From assembly GCA_002269645.1 (NCBI GenBank), contig NIVC01002444.1, positions 1 through 64,000 of the forward strand: DNA of 64,000 nt, in the 5' to 3' direction. The notes under the pieces are model-generated. The model was not told where the DNA came from. It made no database searches and worked only from the letters and a program-made list of their open reading frames with translations. The translations under genes were made by a program, and so were the position numbers. The DNA is from Macrostomum lignano (lineage: Eukaryota). Below are positions 22,950 to 35,765 of the stretch, piece by piece. Each line of letters opens with the position of its first letter. Within the stretch, counting starts at the first letter, position 1.

Positions 22950-23420
22950 GCGAGCAGCGGTATGCTCTCGGGCCTGAAAATAAATGAGAGAGTCTGGCTC
23001 TTGTGAAAGCTGGGCCGTGGAAGATAAAGTGCTCAGTGCTTTCACTGCCTGAGCGACAGAAGGGGCACCGCGCCTCAGGTACCTGGCTCTAAGATTCCTG
23101 CTGTTGAGCCTGAGGAGGGCTCTACGCAGGAGGGGGCAGGCCAGGGACGGCAGCACGGCATTGCCTGCAATTCCAAGTCTCGTGCCACTTGAGGAGATTT
23201 TCAAAGTGAGCCCAGCGCCCCTAGGCCCGGCCTCAGCAGCCCGCCGGTGGAGCCAGCCTTGACCAGCAGGTCAGCGCACTCGTTGCTGAGGAAACCAGCG
23301 TGGCCCGGGGTGCTCCATTTAAGTGTTTACCTGAGTACGCGTTGTTGGTCTTGTGTGCTCAGGGATCAGTGCGATTGGCACAACTGCCACCCTGCACTGT
23401 ATATATATGCGGCTCGACAA
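22950..23420 (-). mobile_element. Degenerate RNase H-containing LINE remnant (I/R1/LOA-like)
   Basis: Minus strand 23317-23246 reads WSTPGHAGFLSNECADLLVKAG (RNase H W.PGH.G..GNE.AD.LAK.G motif), followed after frameshifts by W..TWNCRQ...LLRL.SRNLR. Confidence 0.6.
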
Positions 23421-24849
23421 TCATCGGCAGCACCCAAAGACCGATGCGAACCAACTGCCAACGGAATGACGATCGAAACCAAGTGTGTACATGCTTAGCA
23501 TCATCTCAGAATGTCACATTTAACGGTTATAAAAGATCGCCGATTGAGGCTGCAAGAAATCTCTTTTAATGTGTGCAACTCTTCGAACACCTGTGTCCCC
23601 ACAGCTGAGGTTCTGACTCAACAGTAAAAGTTCAGCTGACGAAATTAAGAGCTTTGAAACCGGCCCTTGAGTTCGAACCTCTATTTGTGACTAGCATATA
23701 CTCGTAGAAGCTCACAGCGATCCTGCAGATTTAATTTGGATAGCAAATCCATAATGCTAAACCAAACACTATTTACTTAGTTTAGAATTCAGGGGGTTGT
23801 TTCATCAACTTTGTCCTAAGACTGACTTTTAAGTCCGACTTAAGCTCGAAATAAGGACTCAGTCATAATTGTGCTCTATAAACATTTATGACTGATTTCT
23901 AACTTCCATCCTAGCTAAGATCGAGCTTATGCTCTACGGGAAGAGCTGGTGGAAAGCTGGTGAAGAAACTTTCTGTCCAGTAAGCCTTGTGAGTGTCTAG
24001 ATAATGTGTCCATGGTCATCTATACGCTCGTAGTAGTCAGTAGCTACATTATGAATATCAGTTTCTTTATCATCTATACTCGATGTCACTCGACTTGGGA
24101 CAGCTCTCGGTGCGTCTTAAAGTTAGAATCGAAGTTGAGGGTTTCAGCCATAGAATGCTTCTCTATAGAAAAGTACCCCAACCATATTTTCAATAGTAAG
24201 TACATTAACACCCTTAAAGCATGGGTATTAATGTACTATTAACTGCCCGCTAATTTGCATTAAAGTAAGTTGAAAGCATTAAAGTCCTGCAAGCGGGCTT
24301 AAATGTAGTCTGTGGCATTAAAAGGCAGGAATAAGTGCCCAGCGGGCACAAATGTCATGGTACAATCTTACTTTAGGTCGCACATAATTTGGTTCCCAAG
24401 GTTCACTTTTTTCTTTATAAAACACATATCACTCCGAAAGTTTATGCCTCAGTTGGATCTTAAGCTTAAACTTAGCTAGCCTTATAAAACAGCTATAATA
24501 TTCCCCTTAAAACTGATATTTTTTAAATATACATGTAGTCGAACGGTTGATACTACTAAATGGCATAGACTGCTAATGTTGAACAAATAGCAAATAATTG
24601 AAAGCGCAATAAAAACCAAGGCTTTAAGTAAAGATACTGGGATTTAATCCGTGTGCATTGCAGTTCGAAGAGCCCCGCTGGAAATAAACAAATTGCAGTG
24701 CGTCGGCACTTTCAATGCTGCTTCGAGTTATTTTGCTTCCGAATTTTGCGCTCGAGGCGTCGTACAGTGCCTCCAGTGGGTAATAATACAAGACTTGTGT
24801 CGTTCAGAACGTGTTTATACGCAAAAACGGACTTTAATGTAAATATAAG

Positions 24850-26246
24850 CTACAATATAATTGTAGAAATTAAGGTGCGTGTTGAGAAAAACATGGTAGT
24901 AGAATTTAGCTGCTTCTCGTGGTGTTTGCTTTTTGTTATAACTGCATCATTTTTGAAAATCAGCAAAATCCACATTTTCAAGCAGTGGAACTTTGGAATT
25001 CTCCGCGACTTTCTAACGGCTGGTACCACAACAGCAGGCGGTTCCTTGTACTCTCCGCTAGGCGACGGGGCAGAATCGGAATTGGGCCACGAATTTCTGA
25101 CGGGTCGATTGACTCCATATAGCATTTGGACTTTTCGAATGCCTTGAATAGACGCCTAAAGACTGACCGGCGGCCGTAGACGCTCTTCATTGGCTCTGCT
25201 AGGCGGTACCGATCCGACGGGGCGATGCGGTCCTGGAAGGAATCAAAGCCAGGTATGGCTATTGCCAAACACTCGAACGGGCTGGGGTCAAATATGATCA
25301 TGCAGTATTGAAACTGATTTTAACCTTGACAAATTTCGCAAGCAGTGTAAGCTGCTGCTGGATATTGACAGCCCTTTCGTTTGGCTATAGCCAATTTTAA
25401 GCCTCACTAATCCGTGCACCTTCGCATAGGGCACAAACCGATTCATTTTGGGGAATTTTTTCTGCAGGGAATCGTTAAAAACAATTCCAAGACCAAAGAT
25501 TAGAGAGCGGTCATGACGAAGTAATCAACATGCAAAATATAGTGAACCAGGAAAACCCCTTCTGCTGGGCTTGATCTAAATTCTCATGCTTGAAGTCTGG
25601 AGCAATTGACAGTCGAAACAGTTTAACCCAACTGCAAAAAAAATCTTACCATAGTTGGCCACTTCATCACCTCGACCGCCTGCATGCGGCCCTTGGTGAA
25701 AATATAGCGAATCTTATTGGGTCCAGATGTGTCAATCTTGCTGTTTTTCGGTGCCGGCTGTTGAGCAAGAGAGTCACAGCTATCTGAATTCGAGTCCAGT
25801 GTTGATGTCTTTACTATGTTTTCCACAGAGTTCGAATTTATTGGGGCACCTGGCGACTGCTCATATCCAGAAGCTTTCGATCTTAATCGACTATTGTGCC
25901 TAGCATCAGCAGCCTCCTCGTGAACGGTGGTCAAAGGCGGCGAACTTGATCTGCGTCGAGTGCTGCCCAGCAGACGAGGTCGAAGTCGCTGTAATCGACG
26001 AATCGATCGTTTGCGACGCGAGCGTTGACTAGCAGCAGCTTCGGTCGGTGATGATCCACACGAGACGATCTGCATTGTTGTTGTCACGGCAGCCTGCTTC
26101 CTGTCCCGGCTAGCTAAACCCTTATAGAAGCGCAGGCACTCAGTATTATCATCCGGTAGAAGACTATTATCGACTTCTTGGCTTTGCTGTGTACGGAGCT
26201 GTTGCTGCAGCTGCAAATGTTGCAGCGAATTCAGTGACTGCCGCAA
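24850..26246 (-). mobile_element. Possible highly decayed non-LTR retrotransposon (basic/Ser-rich N-region plus RT-start-like fragments)
   Basis: Frameshifted fragments IDPSEIRGPIPIL...LLLWYQPLESRGEF / RIPKFHCLKMWILLIFK loosely match the RT-proximal GPD.I...L...G.IP..WK...ILI.K pattern; no YADD seen. Confidence 0.3.
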
Positions 26247-26680
26247 CTGATTTAAAGACCGTTTCGATCGACGTTGCTGGATTGAGATTGGCCGGATATC
26301 GTCATCTAAATAGACGAAGAGATTTTATTCATAGTTAGTTACTTGATTATCTACTTTTTTAATTTTTTATGGAAAAATGTATAGAAATAATTAGAGACAA
26401 ACTCTTACCATATGCACTGGGGCTGGATTGGCGTATCATTATTTATTCGGTCAGAATGTTTTTTTAACAGGCGGCCCAAATATCCAGCAAGTTTTAAAAT
26501 CGAAATTAGGACCAAACACTGAAAAAAGTGAGAAGAAATTAGCATCGATCAATAATTATAAACGTATTTTTATCGACAATTGAACCATAGACAGAAATTC
26601 CGTTTGACTGTTAATGTTAATAAATCATCATTCACCCTTCATTCTCGTTTAGTGTATCCTTCGTTTGTTGCACGAATAAA

Positions 26681-28560
26681 GGGGATGTCAACTTAAGCAC
26701 CAGAATGGAGCCCGAAGTTAAGCTCCGGACCAAACCGACTGCAATCGATAACTTGTCGGCCCAGACGACTAGAATCGCCGAGACATCTCATCCCAGGCCC
26801 TGACTTGGGGTCCCAGGGGATAAAGGGGATAAAATGGGGATTTTGTGTCAACTTAAGGCTCTGGAATGGAGCCCGAAGTTCAGCTCCGGACCAAACCGAC
26901 TGCAATCGATAACTTGTCGGCCCAGACGACTAGAATCGCCGAGACATCCCATCCAGCTTTAAGTGACGAAGCTCCATTCAATTCGAATCTCGCATTTGCG
27001 GGTGTATTTCATTTCAGCTATTGTATATTGTTTGTTAAGTAATAAAAATGATTTGCTCGTATCGAAATAATGTTAAAAACGCCGATCTTAAAACTCACTT
27101 TGTAAAAATTAACAGGTAAATTAATTTGGTTATTAGTAAGCAGAATTTTTGGACGATAAACCGAAGCCATGTATATTGGTAAAATAAAGCATGTCATGCA
27201 AAGCAGCAAACGTTTTTAAGCAAATAAAGTCACGCCTCTTACGCATAGCTCAGTAAAATCATAATTGCAAAAGTTTCTTAGTCCTAAAAATGTTTTTGGG
27301 TTTAAGTTCCTTGCTGCAGTAAAAATGCTGCGAATTTTTAGTTAATTGTGAGTCTGAAAGAAATTGAAAGAACTAATGCAAAGCTTTTGATATTTGATGA
27401 CAGTCTGAATTATCTTTGAACACATGTAACCTATGGTACGTAAAGAATGCGTGAGATGACATTTTTCTTAATCTGCATGTCCCTTAAAATCTGCAATACA
27501 AAACGTACAGTACACTCGTTTAAAACAATTGTAGTTTAAAAGTGCAACGAGCACGATGCACTCAGGCTCACGTACGAACGGGTTATAGTCTGACGTAACT
27601 TTCATGTCGTCAATTCTCGTCCACACACAGCTCAGTACGCTTGCTGTGAAATGTCCCGACTTCAGTCGGCTTCCATGGTGTGATATTGTGGCCACTGGCT
27701 TACCAAGTGTAGAAACACCCCCTTACCTTAATGAAAAGCTTACAGGAGTTTGAAGCTTTATAGGTGGCCATCCATACTAGCACGATCAAGATAAATCAGG
27801 GTAAACTTTCCAGGTGTTACTACGATCTCTTGATTACAATCGCCAAGGCAATTGGCATCCGAACATTTCTCTGCCTGAGGAGCGACAAAAGCGCAGAAGA
27901 TTTTGTCTAAACTGACAATTGAGCGCTCAAACCGACAGAGAGGAATGAAAATCACTCTGTTATTGATTGTACCAACAGGAACTTCAGCACTTGTGCGCTG
28001 GCAATCCCGACAAGTTTGAATGAGTGAAAATTCTGTGAAAGCATCTGATGACAGAAATTCCAGATGTATTAGAAGCGTTTGAACAAATTCGTTGACACAA
28101 TGGCGCTGATTTTTTTAAATGAATCTGGATGTTGCAACCGAACTGCCGTTAACAGTGGAGTGACTGTTGCAGACCGCTGTTGCATCCCCGTCAGAAGACG
28201 AAGCAGCTCTCGATGGACTTAGTTGACACAAAATCCCCATTTTATCCCCTTTATCCCCTGGGACCCTAAAGAAAGGGAGCCGGATGGGATGTCTCGGCGA
28301 TTCTAGTCGTCTGGGCCGACAAGTTATCGATTGCAGTCGGTTTGGGCCGGAGCTGAACTTCGGGCTCCATTCCAGAGCCTTAAGTTGACACAAAATCCCC
28401 ATTTTATCCCCTTTATCCCCTGGGACCCCAAGTCAGGGCCTGGGATGAGATGTCTCGGCGATTCTAGTCGTCTGGGCCGACAAGTTATTGATTGCAGTCG
28501 GTTTGGTCCGGAGCTGAACTTCGGGCTCCATTCTGGTGCTTAAGTTGACATTCGATCCCC
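26681..28560. mobile_element. Non-autonomous DNA transposon with long TIRs (about 270-340 bp, built of about 160-bp tandem subunits); TTAA-like flanks, Kolobok-like by terminus
   Basis: 26681-26950 is the reverse complement of 28219-28560. Termini GGGGAT...ATCCCC; right flank ttaa, left flank taaa. Confidence 0.8.
27500..28140 (-). pseudogene. Decayed ubiquitin-specific protease (USP, peptidase C19) catalytic-domain fragment inside the TIR element
   Basis: Motifs in order: NQRHCVNEFVQTLL (QDE-box-like), TCRDCQRTS, SLDKIFCAF, KCSDANC, PGKFTLIYLDR, VATISHHGSRLKSGHFTA..WTRIDDMKV (His box). Frameshifts and stops present; Cys box absent. Confidence 0.65.
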
Positions 28561-31500
28561 TTAAAGGGGAGCACCCGACGAAATGGCAATAAACTTGAGG
28601 ATTGGTTGGTTGTCTTACAGTTTTAATGATAACAACAAATCTAATAGTTATATCGAATTGAGGGAATTTTGGACCAAAAAATGACTTAAAATTTCTGTAG
28701 CGGAGAACAATAATAAAACTAGAATAACGTAATTGAGAGCGCCCCCTTCTCTATGTCTCTCCTCTGCCTGCATTGCCACCATCATGTAGAACCCTCTTTC
28801 CCTGACACCCTATATGGCTGTGATATCGACTGACACCTTTCCTTGACACCCCATATGGCTGCGATATCTGACACCATTTTGGTATTTTAAATGCTAATAA
28901 GTACACTTTTGTTTCTTTGCGTGCTCATATGCTACGATTTTTTAAATTCCAGCGAAAATAAAAAGCGAGAGCACGATCATGCAACTCGGCTCAACTCTGT
29001 ATTTAATTTAATTTCCTCAATTTAATACTTTTTCTTCCTTGTCGATTGTTGCTTGCTTGCCTGGGTTTTAGCATGCTTAGCAACATATTTGTCCATTCGT
29101 CAAAAATGTTTGATAGACTGTAGTCCTAGTCCTATGGTCAGTATGGTGAAGCTGGTATTAAGTTGTTATTGATGTTGTTGCAATTTGATATTAATTAGGC
29201 CTAAACTTATGATTTAGCTAGCTAGGCCTATTATATTTTTAAAGAAAGGATAGTCCAACTAAAAAACCAGAGAAAGTGGCCTTTCCACTGAAAATTAAGA
29301 GCAAAAGATGACAGAAGGAAGAGTGAGTTGGCAAAACTAAAGGGAGTAAGTATCAACAAGTCCAAGGCTCAAGGGCAGGTGGGCTAAAAGAAGAGTCATG
29401 TCTAGTCATGTAACAGGTGTGATTCTATTGCCTATATTCAAAATCCCACTGCTGTTACCAAAAGTTGTAACAGGCCTTTTAGCTCTCTCTAGAAATCCTA
29501 CTAATGCCACCAAAGTTGTCGTAGCGGTGCTCCTCTACGATACGGAATCCCACCGCTTAGTCACCAAAGTTGTCAAAGGGCTAACCTTCTGTCTTTATAA
29601 ATAATGCCACCAAAGTTGTAACAGGGTACTCTTCTATTTTCTATTATTGAATATCCTGTCACCAAAGTTATAACAGGGGTTAATTCTTCTTACTGATCTT
29701 TCTGGTTATTACTGGTAGCGCATGTACTTCTATTGGTAGCGTATGTACTTCTATTGGTAGCGTATGTACTTCTATTGTACTTTCTGGCCTGAGCGGTCTT
29801 TAGGCACTGTCTATTCTATTCCTATACCCTTCTAAAGATATTATTCTCTCAGTCCTGGGCGTTTCCTGGATCAGAGGGTCACAGCCTTATGATATGAGGC
29901 GTTTTTCCTGCCCTGAGGCGATCTTACTACTTTGTAGTGCTTTCCTGCCCTGAGGCGATTCTCGCTCTTTAGCGGTTTCTGATACTCCCAATTTGGGTCT
30001 TTATCCTCTAAGAAATGATTAAGTCTTAAAGCGATATCAATATTTTTGAATGAACTAAGTTTGCTTATTAAAAACCGAGAGGCGGCAAAACGGTTGACTC
30101 TTCAAGCCTGCTCAGCGCGTCTATTTATACTAGAAATTCGTTACGGTTTAAACAAAATAATAATCGCGGAAATATTTTCGCAAACCACAACATTCAAACA
30201 AATATATATATTTCGCGCGGATTTGAATAAAGGTTTTCTAAGAAAGGCAAACATAGAACGAGTAAAATTTAAAAGTATTAGAGCTATTATTAATGCACTG
30301 TTTCAGTCACAAGACTCACAACTCAAAGGAAATGTGGATGGGACTAATTAAATATAAAAAAGACTAACAATAGTAATGAAAGTTCAGTAGAACTTACAAT
30401 TACAATAGAATTTAATAACCATTGGCATTTATACAAGTTATAATATAGCCTACCTACTATAATGGCTATACTAGTAATAATATTTATTAATATACAGTAC
30501 AGTTATAGTAGGCCTATGCTTATTTGGCAATGTCCTAGTTTCCCAAATTAAATTTTAATCTAAAATTTAAAAGAAACAAACTAAAGCAAGTTTATTAAAG
30601 ATTTAAAACATGTCTTAGGTCTTAAAAGATAGGACAGGACAAGACCAGGTGTATCCATTGTTATAGTCAGCTCCACCCTGACATTAAAACTGCATAGCTG
30701 GAGCTTCCTGACAATGGCTGTAATTCTATGAGTTGGCTATTAGATGATTAGTTGCTAGCCAATGCATAGTTGACTCAGCTATCAGCATCAACTATTAATA
30801 GCACCAGATTGTGGTGACTGATCTCAAGGTCATAGAGGTTGGCCAATGGCCGCAAACTGGCAGGAGATACAATATCTACAGGCATTCAAGGTTGTCCAGG
30901 CATGATTTTTGCTGAAAATAAAAAAAATTAAGTCAAAATAATTTAATACAGGAAACTAGGCCTAGGACATTAGGCCTACTAATTATTTATATTATTATAT
31001 ATAACTTTATTTATCTAGGCTTGCCTAGACCAAATTCTAAGTGACATAAAGCTTGATAAAAATATTTTTTAAACATAAAACAATATTTATATTTTTTATT
31101 GTGTCAAATTTACTTATAGGGTACTATCATATATACACAACCTCCTAATTTATACTGGCCATTTGACTTACTTTTTGACCAAAACTGTGACTTATCTATA
31201 AAAGAAATGTAAGCATAAATTAATATAATTTTGGATAAATAGTAAGTTTTATGGCTATATTAATAAGGCTAAATGTCTTTTCATTTAATAAGTACAATAT
31301 CTATGTTTTTGGGTAGGCTTTTTTGTAATTTACCTTGGCTGGGCCCCTTGCTAGCTGGCTAGATTAGCTGTTTTAACCAGGTGTTGCATATGTATATAGT
31401 AATACTATTAAAAGATATAAATAGTTTATAAATTCATTATCATTAATTTAACAACATTTTTATTGTTCAAGTTGTTATTTTTGTTTGTTGATTTTGTATT

Positions 31501-31644
31501 GTTTTAAGATAAAGATAAATATTTAAACTAAAGATTTAGATAATAAAAGATATTTCAATATAATGCTGAAGGACCTTTCTTGGAAGTAATATAGTTCTAG
31601 AAAACTGATTAATTATCTTAGACAGTATCATTTGTTAAAGTTAA

Positions 31645-32939
31645 TGAGGGGTGATCAAAAAGTTCTGCAAGTGACCTCACAACTCAGTGTTACAGCAGCC
31701 ATGGCATCTAATCAGTTTCACATTCCCTCAAAGTACTTTCCACCCCTATCTATGTACCATTGCAATGTGTATGCACCATGTCTAAAATCATGGTACTCTG
31801 AAGTTGGTATACCTATAGAGCTGAATGTACCACTTAGGCAAGGTCTTGTATGTGTGAAAATGGCTTCCTAGAAATGACGGATTTGATCCTTGGGAATAGC
31901 CAAAAGTTGCATAGTGCTATGTCTGGAGAGTAAGGAATTTGGGGCAGCAGCCAGACCCCTTGCTGCTCCAGGTACGCCATGGTTGATACTACTCTATGTA
32001 GTGCCATATTGTCATGGTGCAGCAGGAGTTGAGGTCCATGCCTGGTTTGTGCACGTTCCTGCCACTCCTGTAGCATGCCTGGCAGAACTGTCTGTTTAGA
32101 ACCTGACAGTCACTGTGACACCTGCTAGAAGGATATTCACCAATACAATACCCTGAGAGTTGAAAAAATGGTGAACATCTACTTTCAATTGCAGAATCTG
32201 GTCTTCAGCACCTCAGGCCTCGGGCTCATCTTCTGCAAGCCAGACCATGTTGGACTGCTTATCCTTCATGGTAAAAAAGGAGATCCAACATTTGTCTCCT
32301 GTGATGACATCTGACAGTCATCGTGGGCCATGGGGCTCAAACATTTGCACCCACAAGTGCACCCTCTCTGCTTGCTACTCCAGAGTGAGAAGATGGGGCA
32401 CCCACTGAGTGCAGGTCTTTGTGCGGCCCAGTTGCTCATGCATGATGTTATGAGCACTTCCATAGCTGACACCAAGCTCATAGGCAAAAAATCTTAGCGT
32501 AATGTTCCAATCCTGCATTGGCATGAGCCACATCTTCAGTCACGGATGTCTGGGGTCAGCCAGACCTTGGTTCATCGTTGAAGCTGTCCCAGCCTTCCAA
32601 GAAATAGTGTAGCCAGCGGGCAACCGTGTCAAATGATAGAGTAGAGTCAGCTAAAAATTCACCAGATTGGTATGAATCTCAATCACTTTGCAACCAAGTT
32701 GCATGCACATAAAGATATAAAAGCAAAAACTGTCTTTTGATGTTTCCATTAGGTACTGAAAACACATAGAAAATATATGGCTGTGAAATTTGACTGGAGC
32801 ACATTTGGAAGCCAAAGTGCATATAAATATAGCAAACAGATATAGCTGCATATGTGTAAGTTTTTGGCTTTTGCCAATTCTACAAATGTATAACTAAAAG
32901 CTATAACAAAAGGTTGCAGAACTTTTTGATCACCCCTCG
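31645..32939 (-). mobile_element. Full-length (about 1.3 kb) decayed mariner (Tc1/mariner) element
   Basis: TIRs (c/t)gaggggtgatcaaaaagttctgcaa at both ends; TA at the right flank. Transposase motifs NDEPRSG, WVPHLL, ITGDKCW, HHDN, PYSPDIALCNFWLFP, with stops and frameshifts. Confidence 0.92.
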
Positions 32940-35089
32940 TATCCATTGTAGGAATAAAGGATATTACCAAACATTTACTGTTAAAGCCAAGATATATTTT
33001 AATTCAAAAAGTCATCTTTAAGGCTTATACCTAACCTATCAAATAGTCAAATTAGTATTATTTAAATTCATCAAAAACTAATTTTAAATTGAATAATGTA
33101 CATGCTTTTGCTTTGTCACTCTATAATAATAATAAATCTTGCTAGCCTACCCCATCCAATCTAGTACAATAGACAAATAGGTTTAGTCTATTCAATTAAT
33201 GAATATATCCCAAGAGGAAAACAAAACATGTAGCTTTCAACAATGAATAAATTTATAGAGAGAAGCAGCAATGCATGCTAACACAAAGTCTAGAAAACTT
33301 TAAGCTGCAAAATGGTTCCCTTATTTATAAGTTATACACTTAGACTAGGCCTATAAAGCATTATTTATAGGGTTCTATAGGGTTCTATTTATGAGCTGCA
33401 ATCTAATTATTGTCAAATCTGCATCTAATAAAAAAATAAATATCTTAGTTAAGTGCTTATAATTAGCATTGAAATTAATTAAATGATCATATAAGAGTGA
33501 TTAATTCTATGCTCCTAGCCTTAGTGTAAAGTATCTTTTCATTTTCCTATATAAGGAATGCTCTGATCACTGGAACAAAAAAATTGATATTGTAGTACTA
33601 ATATACAGCTTTAGAGACCTTAACTTTTAACTTGTAAACAAATTGACTAGTTTATAAAATCTGAAACACAACTATGAAACTAGAGTTCAAGTACTTTTAG
33701 AAGTTTCTTTTAAGCCTTTTTGCCAAAACATGAAATTTAAGATGGTTCACTGCTACCATTACTTTTAGCTAGTGTTATTACTAGAGTCCTTCTAATGCTA
33801 CTTATAGTAGACAAATCGCGTGCTAACAAAAATTCTAGCCTAAGTTTTGTGAAAGATGCAGAAAAAATTGACAGGTAGGTGAGATTTTTTATATGGGCAG
33901 TAGATTTTTCAGTTTTGGGCCTCTCGAACCTTGCACAACTGAGTAGGGTTGCATTACACTGCCGAGCCGCATTTAGAGTCTGTTTTATTGGATAATTTAT
34001 GAATGGCACGTCTATAAAAATAGTAAAATTGGCAGCAGAGTTTGGCGCGCCGGCTCTGCGTGGCCAGGCTATTAAAAAGCAAGCTGATTGGGGAGGCGGG
34101 GGTTTGGAAAGGTGGGAGAATTTACGCCTTCTCTCATCCCCTATCCAGCGCAGCCCGCGATGCACTTGAAGCGAGAGAGAGAAAACTGCATTGTCCCACT
34201 TTCTCTCTCATTCCCCAATTCTCTTCTTACTCCTGCAGCCAGTGTATTGGTATGAGCTGCAACTCTTTCTCCCCGCCCCTGTTCCGGAAATAAACTGCCA
34301 AAACCTAGTCCCAGTCGTTATAAAACAGTTTTAACAATTGAGTTGCAGATGCGCAGAACTGCGATGTGGATAGGCTATGTTGAAACTATGTGGGTAGCTG
34401 CCTGATATTGATTTTTACTTCTAATAGGCGTCAAAAATTATCCGCGCTTAAAATTATTAATGTCCCATTATGTCCTCCATCAGCAGCTGAAGCTGCTTAT
34501 ACATGATGTGCCATGCGGGCGTGACTACCTATCAAGGTGATTGGTTTCACGCGTCACTATCAAGGGTTTTCCTACTCATACGCATAGCGAAACCGTCTGC
34601 TTCATGGTCGCTGAGGCCCAGGTGGCTGTCCTACGTTTTTCTCACTCTGGATTGTTGCGACCATTGACTGCCAACAGTTGCTAAAGAGCTATTGCTCCGG
34701 CCTATCTGCAGATGTAGAGCTCTGGGCTCGATGCGGATTTATTCTCTAAGTGCTTCTGGTTTCTGCTGCTGCTGCTGGGATAGCGGCTAGCTGCTGCTTC
34801 CGATGGCTATGGTGAGCCTGCTTGCGCACTGCTGAATAAACCTAACCAGATGTGAAAGTAATTGAGGAAGTGCGTTAGAAGGACAGAAGAGGATATTATT
34901 ACAGAGAACAGAAACAGACGGGAAACTAAGTTCATTGTCATTACATTATTGAAGTAAAATTTTAATATTAGATGCGCGTGCGAACTGAGTGGGTGTTATT
35001 GACTTATTTTATAAGCAGTGGAAATACAAAATGTGACTTTATAGTTCCACACAAAAGAAAACTCGTATTTCGAGGCACTTTCTATGATC

Positions 35090-35765
35090 TCAATGCTCTG
35101 TCGAAGTGCTCAAAGCTCTATCAAGAATCTCAAAGATCTGTCGAAGATCTCAAAGCTCTGTCGACGATCTCAAAACTCTATGGAAGATCTCAAAGATCTG
35201 TCGAAGATCTCAAAGCTCTGTCGACGATCTCAAAACTCTATGGAAGATCTCAAAGCTCTATCGAAGATCTCAAAGCTCTGTCGAAGATCTCAAAGCTCTG
35301 TCGAAGATCTCAAAGCTCTGTCGACGATCTCAAAACTCTATGGAAGATCTCAAAGCTCTATCGAAGATCTCAAAGCTCTGTCGAAGATCTCAAAGCTCTG
35401 TCGAAGATCTCAAAGCTCTGTCGACGATCTCAAAGCTCTGTCGAAGATCTCAAAGCTCTGTCGAAGATCTCAAAGCTCTGTCGAAGATCTCAAAGCTCTG
35501 TCGACGATCTCAAAACTCTATGGAAGATCTCAAAGCTCTATCGAAGATCTCAAAGCTCTATCGAAGATCTCAAAGCTCTGTCGAAGATCTCAAAGCTCTG
35601 TCGAAGATCTCAAAGCTCTGTCGAAGATCTCAAAGCTCTGTCGAAGATCTCAAAGCTCTATCGAAGATCTCAAAGCTCTGTCGAAGATCTCAAAGCTCTG
35701 TCGAAGATCTCAAAGCTCTGTCGAAGATCTCAAAGCTCTGTCGAAGATCTCAAAGCTCTGTCTTA
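35090..35765 (+). repeat. 20-bp minisatellite (gatctcaaagctctgtcgaa), about 33 copies
   Basis: Tandem periodicity; produces three spurious ORFs. Confidence 0.95.

Noticed and set aside
28700-31600. AT-rich block with short internal repeats (ccaaagttgtaacagg; gtacttctattggtagcgtat) as a single large transposon
   Set aside because: No termini or protein motifs could be identified
35090-35765. TCF-binding-site array in the 20-bp repeat (ctcaaag)
   Set aside because: Reverse complement is CTTTGAG, which does not match CTTTGWW
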